Assembly (NCBI GenBank): GCA_002269645.1
Contig: NIVC01000911.1
Span: 124,001 to 188,000 of the forward strand
Source of the DNA: Macrostomum lignano
Taxonomy: Eukaryota
Length of the DNA stretch: 64,000 bases
Direction of reading: 5' to 3'
A program made the position numbers and the translations under genes. Numbering within the stretch: the first letter of the stretch is position 1; every line of letters starts with the position of its first letter. Positions 13,332 through 24,900 of the stretch are shown here, one piece after another. Below the pieces are notes generated by a model, which was not told the DNA's origin, made no database searches, and was given only the letters and a program-made list of their open reading frames with translations.

Positions 13332-16300
13332 ATGCCGGCAAAAAAATACACTTTGCAGCATCCGAAACATCTGGATGATCAGTCGGCGGCTGCTGTAGCC
13401 GACGCTGTAGCCGCCGCAGCTGACGGCCCTTGGCCTGGCCAGCTGCTCGGTCGAGCCGGTCTTTGGCAGCTAGAGATTCGACAATTGGATTCCTGTTTTC
13501 GTTTCGATCGTCGTTCTCAAACAACTGGCGAGTTGGAGAGGGGAAGTGCTTCATCAGCTGTAGTTGTCCGCTTCTCCGATGTGTCTGGCGTAGATTTGAT
13601 GAGCGGCAGCGGCTACAGACAGCATCGCTACCTGTGCATTTGTCGCTACACCCGACGTAAACGATTCAGATCGATCTCTGCCGTATTCTCCGCCAAAGCA
13701 TCAACCGAGGATTCCTCCACCGCGGGTAAAGTTGGATCGCGACGTCGCAGCGTCCTGCTATTCCAGTTGAGTCGGATTGTGGGAGACGGTCACAGAGCGA
13801 GCTCTGCGGAGATCAATTTGGCTGTGCTGCGCTCTGTCCAACAAGTAATTGCTGCATTTTAACATGCCAAATAATCCTTACCTAGGTGATGTATGTGGCG
13901 CAAAAGAACCTGTCGTGAAGGCGTCTCAACGGTGTCAATGGTATACCGTTGTCTTTAAGAAAGCATCCAAATTAGTCCATGGTGCACTGTTGCTTCAAAT
14001 TTACATTAGAGGTCTCCAAAGCGCTTCTCGATGCACCAATGCACCAATTACAATTTTCTAGTTTGCTTCTTGCATATAACGATCTTATGACTCTTACTTT
14101 TGATGTCTGATGCATATTTTGATGTATCGCTCAAGGCTCAGCGTCCTAAAGGCTTGCGTACAGCTGTTCAGTCAAAAAGAGCTGGGGGGTCGGCACATCA
14201 TCCTTAATCATCCTAGCTAATTTTGGTATCCATTTAGCTGCTGATTTAAGTGTCTTACTCAAGGACATAAATTCTTCCAAGAGGATTAAGAATCGAACCC
14301 CCAACCTTTCAGTCTCGTGGGTCCGACGCTCTAACCACTAGGCTACAGCCCCCTCTCTGTCTGAGAAAATGTAGTCCAACTAAACTTGTCTTAAAATTGC
14401 CTTTCGGATGTCGTCTTATTTGTCAAATATCCAAGAGGGATATAAGTTTATGTACGGGCTTTATTGAGTAGCGCAAGTACATGTATCAGTAATTCTGTAC
14501 AAAGTTTCAACCAATCGCTGCTTTTCCCGCAGACTTGCCAACAAGCTTTGCGTGGCAGCCTGTGCAGCCCAGATTCGGATTTGATTAACTGGTCTAAACC
14601 GGTTCTAGCTCTGGCTAATCCGGTCAGCGGCAGGGGTCGCGCTGTGGCTTTATTTCGCTCGGTGACAATGACTGTGCTGCAGGAGGCTGACATGGCCTAC
14701 AGACTGGTCGAGACTGAGTACTCTGGGTATGCCAGGTGGGTGATCGAGGTTGTTGGATTGTGTGGGTGATTGGGTGGTTCAATCAAACAGGTGGGTGATT
14801 GGGATGGTTGGATCAGACAGGTGGATGATTGGGTCTCGGGTGGTTGAATCAGACAGGTGGGTGATTGGGGTGGTTGAATCAGACAGGTGGGTGATTGGGG
14901 TGGTTGGATCAGACAGGTGGGTGATTGGGGTGGTTGGATCAGACAGGTGGGTGATTGGTTAGTTGGATCAGACAGGTGGGTGATTGGTTGGTTGGATCAG
15001 ACAGGTGGGTGATTGGTTGGTTGGATCAGACAGGTGGGTGATTGGGTGGTTCAATCAGACAGGTGGGTGATTGGGTTGTTCAATCAGACAGGTGGGTGAT
15101 TGGGATGGTTGGATCAGCCAGGTGGGTGATTGAGTGGTTGAGTCAGACAGGTGGGTGATTGGGTGGTTGACTCAGACAGGTGGGTGATGAGGTAAATATG
15201 CCAGCCAGTTGATTATAAAGGCACAGTGTTACAAGTGAAGCTCTTAATGAAATACTTACTGATGGACTTAACTTTTTTCGTAGAGTTTTCCTCTCTTCCC
15301 CTCATCGCAGGTCCCTTATCCGCGAAGATCCCAGTCTGATGGCTTACGGAGCCATCGTGGCTGTCGGTGGGGACGGTCTGGTTCACGAGATGCTCAACGG
15401 GCTGGTGGATAGATTCTTTGACAGTGGCAACGACGCTGGAGGCCTGGCTGATGCTCTGCGGCGGATGCCTCTGGCCTGTCTGCCTGCTGGAAGCGGCAAC
15501 GGATTGGGGGCTTCGCTAGCGTTTGCTAATGGAGACAAGTGAGAAATGAGTAGCTCTGATTGGATGTTGATGTGGCGCGAGAGTCAGGCGCGTCTACCGC
15601 TGAGCTGCTCTGCCCTTGATATGGATTAACAGATGTGTGCTAGGTGTGACCCGGACAAGGTAGGTATGCCTGATAGTACATGTAGATAGCACTATGAATT
15701 TCACTAAGTCGCCCTCACAGAAGATTCCGTCTGTGGTGGCCATCGCCACTTATGAGAGTGCAGGTAAAGTCTATCTCAATCTTTGCGAGTGACGCAACTC
15801 AGCTACGCCAGACTTGAGTTGAGAAATGAAGTAGGGAAAGCGGTGAGCGAGGGTTGGACGTATTAAAACTACCTGGATCAGTTTTCTTGTATCTTTTATT
15901 TCAGAATAATGTTGCTGATTAATCTCCACCTCTCCAGTCAGACAAGCTAAACAATCTTTTAATACTAACGTCTCAAGCAGCAGCCGATCCATCATACTTT
16001 TTTCTCTCCTAGACTGAACTCATCGTCGGAGAACTTCCTAACCACGTGCACATTCAACCTGACAAGATCGTCGCCAAGGCCACTAGACCTCGCCTACGTG
16101 GAATTGCTGTCCAGCGGCGCCAATCGTCAGATCGTATCGTTTCTCAGCCCGATAAACTACGGCTTCCTCGCGCGAATAGATTTCGAGAGCGAGCGCTGGC
16201 GCGGCTGTCTAGGCGGGGCCAGGTTCGCGGCCGATTTCGTCTCTAGGCTGGCGTCGCCTCGTTCACTGCCGAGTTGCCGGGCGAGGCTGGCCTATCTGCC

Positions 16301-17777
16301 TGCCGAGGCGGCCGCTGCCGGGGCTGAGTTCTGTAGAAACGGTTGGTGCTGTTCGTGTGCCTATTGTATCATTAATTTAGTCGTTGTTCATAAATTTTTT
16401 TGAGCGGTTGTGATCAGAATCGTCTATAGATGCTTTAAGACTCACCATTGGACGCTTTGAACATTGGCTTTAGCTACAAAAAAAATCGCCTCTAGATGCA
16501 TATAGAATCGCCTTTAGATCCATAGATAATGACGTCTAGATGCTTCGAGAATGGCCTCTAGATGCATCGAGAATGGCTTCTAGATGTATAGAGAATAAGG
16601 TCTAGATGCTTAGAAAATTGCCTCTAGATGCTTAGAAAATCGCCTCTTGATGCATTGAGAATCGCCTCTTGATGCATTGAGAATCGTCTCTAGGTGCATT
16701 GAGAATCACCTCTTGATGCATTGAGAATCGCCTCTTGATGCATTGAGAATCGTCTCTAGGTGCATTGAGAATCACCTCTAGATGCATTGAGAATCGCCTG
16801 TAGATGCATTGAGAATCACCTCTAGATGCTTTGAGAATGGCCTCTAGATGCATTGAGAATCGCCTGTAGATGCATTGAGAATCACCTCTAGGTGCATTGA
16901 GAATCACCTCTAGATGCATTGAGAATCGCCTGTAGATGCATTGAGAATCACCTCTAGATGCTTTGAGAATGGCCTCTAGATGCATTGAGAATCGTCTCTA
17001 GATGCATTAAGAATCGCATCTAGATGCATTGAGAATCGCCTCTAGATGCATTGAGAATCGCCTCTAGATTCATTGAGAATCGCCTCTAGATGCATTAAGA
17101 ATCGCATCTAGATGCATTGAGAATCACCTCTAGATGCATTGAGAATCGCCTCTAGATGCATTGAGAATCGTCTCTAGATGCATTAAGAATCGCATCTAGA
17201 TGCATTGATAATCGCCTCTAGATTCACAAAGAATCGCCTCTAGATGCATAGAGAACCTTACTTTAAACCATAGGAAGTGTCACTGTAACCTGTATTCAAC
17301 TGTCTTTCAGCCTCAAGCGCCAGCACCAGCGGACGCAGAAGCGGCAGCCTTCGCAGCCTCTGTCGTTACCTGCCAACCGGAGAGGGCGCCGATCACAACC
17401 AGTGGCCAGAGACAGCCGCAGCCTCAGCTGCCGGTTGGGTAGCTCTAGAGACCGACTTTCTATTTATCATGATAGCATCCCAGTCGCACATGGCTACCGA
17501 TATGTACTATGCGCCAGAGTGCAACTTAAACGACGGTCAACTATATGTCACCTGGGTAGAGACCGGGGTATCCAGAACCGATCTGGCTAGAATGTTTCTC
17601 AACCTGGAGGCCGGTGAGCACGTCAAGTGTGACAATTTCCGTCTCGCTACTGCTGTGGCATTCCGGCTGGAGCCGCTTACTCAGGACTGGATGGGCGTAG
17701 ACGGGGAACCGGTTGACTGCGGCGTTGTGCAGGGCGAAATTCTGCCCGGATTGGGCTGCGTTTTGGCGCCGTGCTGA
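13332..17777 (+). CDS. SPHK: Sphingosine kinase (DAGK-catalytic family), ~579 aa. Exons 13332(or 13359)-13844, 14533-14735, 15311-15538, 16013-16341, 17311-17777
   Basis: LANPVSGRGRA, VGGDGLVHEMLNGL, LPAGSGNGL, NYGFLARIDFESERWR, RLAYLP, SHMATDM..AP..DG and VDGE motifs. Exon lengths sum to 1740 nt with consistent phases. The exon-4 donor at 16342 and the start codon are less certain. Confidence 0.88.
14085..14353 (-). mobile_element. tRNA-derived SINE in SPHK intron 1
   Basis: Minus strand: A box TAGCCTAGTGG, B box GGTTCGATTC, central GTCCTTGAGTAAGACACTT and CAGCTAAATGGATACC, then a short CATCAA-repeat tail. Confidence 0.75.
14733..15190. repeat. 29-30-bp minisatellite (TCAGACAGGTGGGTGATTGGGTGGTTGGA), about 15 units, starting at the SPHK exon-2 donor
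   Basis: Direct reading; each unit contains CAG/GTGGGT. Confidence 0.9.
16484..17250. repeat. 22-bp minisatellite (GAATCGCCTCTAGATGCATTGA), about 35 units, in SPHK intron 4
   Basis: Direct reading; 22-aa periodicity (3 x 22 nt) in ORF 16632..16985. Confidence 0.9.
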
Positions 17778-18626
17778 CATTCGGCTGTTTCGATACATAT
17801 CGGCGAAGGTTTTTTATTTTTTTTACTTTAAATTTTCATTGTTACGTAATCTTTTCGTATCCTGATGCTGATCTAAAGCTGATCTTTTGTATAGTGCATC
17901 TAACGTCTACAATTACCTTGTTGCACATCACTGTTCGAGTTTTTATTTTTAATTAACATAAGTTTCAAGAATACTCATTGTTCGTGCACGCAGTTATACT
18001 CGTGGATTTTTTATCTGAAGCCAATGTAAATTTTATTGTCAATTGGCACCATGGAGGAAAGAATAGAATGGAGTGCTAATCTGAACCAGTTATTTTTGTC
18101 TCGCTTGATCTTAACTTTTAACATCCCTTTCCCCCCCCCCCGTTCTTTCCTATTTGCTCCTGACTGCCATAGACAAAGTCGTTTTCGTCTCGTTTTCGGC
18201 TATATTGTACTGTGATTTAGTCCACGCTTGTGCATGTTGGGGTGGCTGAAATAAATCGATTAACTGGCCGACCCTCAGCCCCCCACCACGCTCACTCCTC
18301 CGACCTCCCCCCCCCCAACGCGAGGAGAGCCCCACTTTGTATCATCAGCTATTATTCCTAATGTACATTAGTCTTTGCGTGCGCGCGTTGGGTTGAGGTT
18401 GCTAAACTTATCGATTAACTGGCCGACCCTCAGCCCCCTCCCACAACCATGGATGAATGAATAGAATGGATTGCTATTCTGGCTCTGGCTATTTTCGTTT
18501 TTGACTCTTTTGCATCCGGTTCCCCCCGTGCCTTTTCATTGGTTGATGATTGCCATAGACGGTTTTCGGCCTTCGCCCCTTTCTTTCGATGCACAAGCGC
18601 AAAGAACTGAGAATGTCAGTTACTTG

Positions 18627-18656
18627 CAGAGAATATCGAGCGCTCGATATTCTCTG
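18627..18656. mobile_element. 30-bp perfect palindrome between 8-bp direct repeats; putative transposon excision footprint
   Basis: GTTACTTG-CAGAGAATATCGAGC|GCTCGATATTCTCTG-GTTACTTG (direct repeats at 18619-18626 and 18657-18664). Confidence 0.65.
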
Positions 18657-18953
18657 GTTACTTGTTTGTCAATTGAAGTTGTTAATTGAAGCAGAGGAAT
18701 GATAACAAATCCCCTGCAAATTACAACAGTAATGATTTCAGATTTTCATGTCGAGGGTGATGATGAGGGTGCGATGACAATGCTACAATAATGGATTACT
18801 GGCGATGCTTTATCTGAATTTTACTATTGGAGTTATGAAATTGGTTTTAAAGTTCTATTTCAACACAAGTAACTTCTATTTCGCCCATCATCATCATCGA
18901 GGGAGTACCTTTGTGTGTGCATCACGCATCAAAACTTGTGGTACACGATTCTA

Positions 18954-19622
18954 TTAACGTACATGACAACACAGACTGTTAGAATGGTGAAATTGAGTGA
19001 AATTGGAACAGGAAAACAACACACATATACGATACCAGTAACGATGAGAACAGACTGTTAGAATGATTAAATCATATGAAATTAGAGTCGGAACACTACA
19101 GCCCAATGTTAGGAGCACAGGACAATCTTTAGCTGTTACTGGCCGAGAAAGAGAATTTTCTTTCCCAGTTGCGACCTTATCGACGGGCTGCACAGATTCT
19201 GACGCCTGACAATGTGTAGCATGTTTTTGCTTTGTGACCTTTTCAGCTCTCACCGATGTTGACGATACTGGCTGCTGTTGTTGTGGAGTGCCAACTGGCT
19301 CCTCGTCAGCGAGTATCGACGGTAGGTGTTCCGGCTTTGGCACAGATCCGGGTCTTAGCCGCTTCCTGTAGACGCCAGGCGATTGTGTTCCCTGTGCGCT
19401 AATGATGAAGTCAGACGCCGCAAAGTGCTTCTCACACAATACTGAGCTCTTTGTCAAGACAAACTGCGGTGCCATCTTCACATTGCTCATCCATTCGGTC
19501 AGTTGAAGTGGAGATTTGACAGGAAAAGAAAAGAAGCTGATATTCACTCCAGTGTCGTCCCGCATCCCTGACTTGGATAGACATCCTAGTGCAGCACAGT
19601 AGCGCTTTGAGCCATTAGGCAT
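18954..19622 (-). CDS. THAP zinc-finger protein (up to 222 aa) without a transposase catalytic domain
   Basis: C2CH THAP signature YCAALGC..FFSFP..W..LCEKHF..RLRPGSVP. The 3' part of the ORF may be intronic. Confidence 0.8.
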   Translation of the reverse strand: MPNGSKRYCAALGCLSKSGMRDDTGVNISFFSFPVKSPLQLTEWMSNVKMAPQFVLTKSSVLCEKHFAASDFIISAQGTQSPGVYRKRLRPGSVPKPEHLPSILADEEPVGTPQQQQPVSSTSVRAEKVTKQKHATHCQASESVQPVDKVATGKENSLSRPVTAKDCPVLLTLGCSVPTLISYDLIILTVCSHRYWYRICVLFSCSNFTQFHHSNSLCCHVR

Positions 19623-21966
19623 GGTAGTGATAAAAGTAAAATAAGCAGTGAGTAAACAACAACAACAAGCGCAAAGAACTGATTTTATTGTAGACGAATC
19701 GACTCTCGAATCGTGCTTGTAGGTCTTCCCCCTTTATTTCAAAACACGAGCGAAAGCGCTTGTGCATCGAAAGAAAGGGGCGAAGGCCGAAAATTGTCTA
19801 TGGCAATCATCAACCAATGAAAAGGCACGGGGGGGGGAACCGGATGCAAAAGAGTCAAAAACGAAAATAGCCAGAGCCAGAATAGCAATCCATTCTATTC
19901 ATTCATCCATGCCCACAACCGCTGTTTCCCCAAACCAGCTTAGTTATTTTAGCTGATGTACACTAATTAGTCTACGAAGTAAGAGTGTGCCAGACATTTG
20001 AGGATGTGTGGACTAAATTTATCGATTAACTGCCGAACCCCTCATTCCACAATCCACCACTCACTCCTTTCACAGCAGCACTCCAAAACAGCCCTAAGTT
20101 TTATGACTCAGCGGTAGATTATGATAACTCATTTTTGAAGTATGATTGTTTTAAATTTGTATAGCACGATTGAAAATAAAGCGTTCTTTTTTCAGCTGAG
20201 TGATTTAGGCTTAGCCTGTCTCAACGAGTGAACTTTTGAATTTTTGACTCCTTAGTTTATTGTTTCATTATTATTCATTACGTTTTTATTTTCTTCACAA
20301 GCCCGACTTATTACTCGTAGTCGTTCAATCACTCTTGCCCTGTTTTATTGTTGTATTGGCGGTTAATATTAATTCATTTTTATAGTTATTACGACGGCTA
20401 CTGTCTTAAAGCAGTTTATTTTCATTGTACAAAAATATATTATGGCCAATAGCTCGTAATTTTGTAATGCACTTTAAGCAATTTTATCAATCAAAGTTGC
20501 TGATGACTTTTTTGCCACTAAGACATTTAACTAATACCTAGATTTTTATTGCTATACTCAACTGTTATTTCTTTAACGAGATGACTAAATTACTACTACT
20601 AGTAGTACTACTAGTCAGCCAAGAAATTAATCCTTAACCATGTCTAAGTCTCGGCCAAAAACCTTCGTCCCCCAGAGGGCCGATTTCAGTTTTAAATAGC
20701 AAACTATTCGATGTAAACATCTGATGATTCTTTACGAAGGATGTCTCGTGATGGTAAAGCAAATTTATAAAAGTTCGCATGGTATGTGTTCAGAATAGCG
20801 AGTTTTATGAAACCATTTACAATGACTAAATTGTTTGTAAATATAATTTTTTCTCTCTGTCGCTTCTATGTTCGAAGAATCTCGTCTATTTAGTAATGGT
20901 TCATGGTTAAAACTCGCGTGCAAACTACAAAATGAGCATCCTAAAAAAGCTTTTGATGACGCCACTCAAACCTGCACGCCTCGCGGCCCTGCAAATTAGG
21001 GTCTCAAGAAAAAAAAACAGAAAAAAACTGCGTCTGGAATCATTTGTTTTGAGTTTTTCTTCTGCTCTGGTATTGCGCTGCATCGACTCGAGATAGAATT
21101 AATAAGCATTGCGCTGGATCTTCATGAAGAGAAAATTTGTAGCATTTGAAGCGGTGTAATTCAACAGCGGTGTATGCAGTGTAGAGGTGAACTAAATTTT
21201 AGATGTGCGTGTAGCTGCGTTTTGTGACTGACGAAAGAACGGCAGTCGAAACAACTATAATGAACGCATTGTATACCTACTCGTAACGTTTCTGTACATA
21301 TGAATAGACTGTACCAAAACAATAAAAAAGCTTCAAGCAGACATTCGACATCATATTTCTTTTGCAGCCAGACGAAAAACAAGAAAGTAAGTGCATTAAT
21401 TCTGTTGTAACACTAAAATAGTTAATATGTTTGAGACCTGTGCATGTATCAGTTCATTTTTTCGTATTTGCATGTAATATTTTCTATTTGGTTTGCTTCT
21501 TTGATTTTGATTAATTTGATTTGAAATTTGATTTGAGTTGATTTTTGTTATGAACTCCATTTTCAATTGCATTTGGATATAAATTTTCATCTTCATTCGA
21601 AACTACAGTTTAATTGTCTAGCGATCGCTGCCTACTGCCTAAACTTGAAAGAGCTATTTCTTTCTTTCTTTAACTTTCTTTGACTTTCTTTAACAAAAAT
21701 TTCCTATTTGTCTGAAACTTGACCTGAAGAGGCATAAACACGCATTGTGATTTCTAGCTTCAAGACACCAAAATTAGCTACTCTAGAAACTATTTAAAAA
21801 ACCTTCTAGCTAGCTTTTTCGTGCAATTTTCAGTTTTGAGCTACGTGCAATTTAATTCAACTAAACTCCCAATGATTACAGAACTTCGTCATCAGTTCCA
21901 TCCTACATCCAGAGGGAAGAAAAATCAAGGGAAAATAAACTAAATTGGAGCCGAGAAGCTGAGGTA

Positions 21967-24900
21967 ATGGAGCCTCCGCTTTACGAAGAGGTGCAGTTGC
22001 TTCACGAGACGTACGATTGTCCTGAGGAGCGCGATGAGCATTGTATAGTGGCAGCAAAAACTGCTGCAGAAAGAAATGAATGGGAAAAAGTAAAAGGCCT
22101 AGTTCAATCAGTCTCAAACATCAAGAACAGGGATCAGTGCCACAGAGACCTAGCTAAATCGGCTGCTTTCAAAGGGATCGTAGATGCTGTGGAGTTTCTT
22201 GTGTTAGGAATCTCAGACAAAAATGTGAGAGATCAGTGCTGCAGAGAGGCTGCGAGTTCTGCCGCAGCCCGAGGTCATATAGAAATCGTGCAGTTTCTCG
22301 TACGAAACATCTCTAACAGAGAGATAAAAGATCGGTGCTGCAAAAAGGCTGCAAGCTCAGCAGCATCACGAGGTCATTTGGAAGTTGTAAAGCTTCTGGT
22401 TAATTCAGCTTCGGACCAATCGAAAAGAGATCAGTGCTGCATAGAAGCTGTGAAAGTTGCTGCTTACAAAGGACAGCTAAAAGTAGTAAAATCCTTGATG
22501 CTGTTGGTCTCAGAACAAATTCTGAATGACAATTGCTGCGCGTGGATTACCGAATCTGCGATCAAAGGTCACGTGGAAGTCGCAAAATTTATAGCTCAGG
22601 CGGTTTCAGACCCAAGTTTGAAAGATTATTGTTGCATTGACGCAGCAAAGTGTGCGGTTAATTATTTTCAGTGGGATGCATTCGAAGAAATCGTGAGAAA
22701 CATTTCTGACAAAGAAAAAAGAGATCAGTGCTACATGGAAGCCGTAAAATTTGCTGCAATTAACGGTCAGTCAGATGTGGTTAATACTCTTTTGCCGCTT
22801 GTTTCTAGCAAAAAGACAAGAGACGACTGGTGCATGTACCTCGCTAAGTTTCTCGCAAAGCAATGCCAGAGCTGGAAAATTGTGGCAGACTTAGTAAGGT
22901 CTGTTTCGAACCCTATGCCTGCTACATCTGACGGTGAGTTCGACTTGACTAGCTGTCTTGTGAATCTCGTTTCGAACCAACAAGCACGGGATAACTGGTT
23001 CAAATATTTGGTCAAGTTCCTGCTAAAGCAATGGTACGGTTCAGAAGAAGTACTATTGCAGTCTGTTTCTGATTCAAAAAAGAAAGATGAGTTTTGCTTA
23101 GAGGTAGCTAAATCTGCAGCCTATTACGGTCAGTTGGATGCCATCGAATCGATACTTCGATGTCATTCAAAAGCTCCTCAGAGTTATGAAAACCTCCGCT
23201 TCGAATGCGTGGTCGCGGCTTGTTCTCGTCTCCATGAAAACGTTGTTGCTTTCTTTGGTCTCGAGCCCAACTGGCTCTTCGAGTACAGCTCAATCCTCAG
23301 ATTCACAGCCTCGATGGCCATTGAGAAGAAGAACTCCGTTCTCACTAAGACCGTATCTCGAATGCAGCCAGATCAGATTATACAGTTGCTCCGTTTCTCC
23401 ATCTCTCAAAGCCATGTCGCACTGGCTTTCACGCTGATCAAGGTTGAGCAATTTAGGCCAATGGATATTGATCTGCCTGACAGTACTGGAGCCACTGCTC
23501 TCATGCTTGCAGCTGATGTAGGTCATCACGAGATCATTAAGGAACTGTTGGATCTCGGTGCCTCAGTGCGTACTCAAGACAGTCAGGGTCGGACTGCTCT
23601 GTCACGAGCGTGCAAAGCGGGTCACGTTGGAGCTGTGAAGGCTCTGTTAAACAAAGGAGCGGATGCGAGTCATCGAGACAACCAGGGCCTGACGTGTGTG
23701 CAGGTGGCGGAACGATATGGACAGCAGCAAGTGCTGCGTCTGATGAATTCTAGAGAATCAGCCACCTCCCCGCCATTCTTTAATCCATGGATAACAGGGT
23801 AAGTCAAATCAACTTTTCTTGCAATATTGATATACGAGTAATATGCAAGTCAAATTTACTTTTTATAAGTTTTTAATTAAAATGGCGGAAATTTCAAAGA
23901 AAGTGCACACTTAGCTAATAAGCTAGCTAATGCTTCGTAGAAAACGCATACTTCTGAAAACCCGAGTATTAAATTCATTCTTAAATGCACATTATTAAAT
24001 GCACACACAGCTACTGCCTCCTTTAAGTAATTTATTCAAGTTATTATGTTCAATAAAGTTTTATGGACTAAAATCAGACAAGTTAGGAACCTAAGCATCG
24101 GTTCAATATATGTGCTTTACTTTCTAAAAAGAAAATTGTGCATCTTTGACAATTCATTATATATTTCAAACGATTTTCAGATTCAGGGGTGCTACAAAGT
24201 ACTTACGTACACAAAGCATTGAGCTTAGTTACAATAATTTCGGTCATCTCGCCAAGGCAGGATTCACTAAGGAGAGAGCAGAGTGCCAGCAAAGATCGGC
24301 TGACTGCTTAGAGGGAGTCGCTCGAGTCCTCACACAGGAAGACAGGCAGATGACGGGAAGCTACGCGGAGGGCTGGGCCAACAGTTTGACGCGAGTAAAC
24401 GGCAGAACAGACGCTGACTCAGACATTGACTGGACTGTGCTGATTCCTGGTCAAGAACTTCATTTGGATGGAGGCTGCGAAAGCGATGAACATTCGATCG
24501 AATCAGAAAATGTCACGAAACTTCAGGTTGCTGAAGGCCATGCGCAGGTTCCAACGGGGTCTGGTAAGTATTGGCAAATAACTTATCATTGTTGGATGTG
24601 TGCATTTGCTACTACATTTACACAAGCAATGCACTTTATGAATCTTTGCTAAGCTAGAAAAGCGAAATATTACTAGGCTTATAGGAATATATTCTAGGAA
24701 TCAAGCTAAATGTAACGGATATAAATTTCCGAATTAAACTGACTGCAATCGATAACTTGTCGAACCAGTCGACTAGAAACGCTGAGCTTAAGTTGACATT
24801 GCCCTTCAAGGGTACAAGTACAAACGCCTGCATTTCGATCCTAGCATGAAAATCTCAATCTCTCTTTAGCTAGCATATCAGCCATATTACTGTAATAACT

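Larger units (their letters stand above)
18448..19911 (-). mobile_element. 1464-bp non-autonomous P-superfamily (THAP) DNA transposon with long TIRs
   Basis: TIRs at 18448-18600 and 19756-19911 begin CATGGATGAATG and differ only by 2 substitutions and a poly-C/G length change. Exact 8-bp TSD CCCACAAC (18440-18447, 19912-19919). Internal THAP ORF. Confidence 0.85.

Noticed and set aside
14280-14353. tRNA gene on the minus strand
   Set aside because: It has A and B boxes but no convincing acceptor stem, and it continues into a SINE body and tail.
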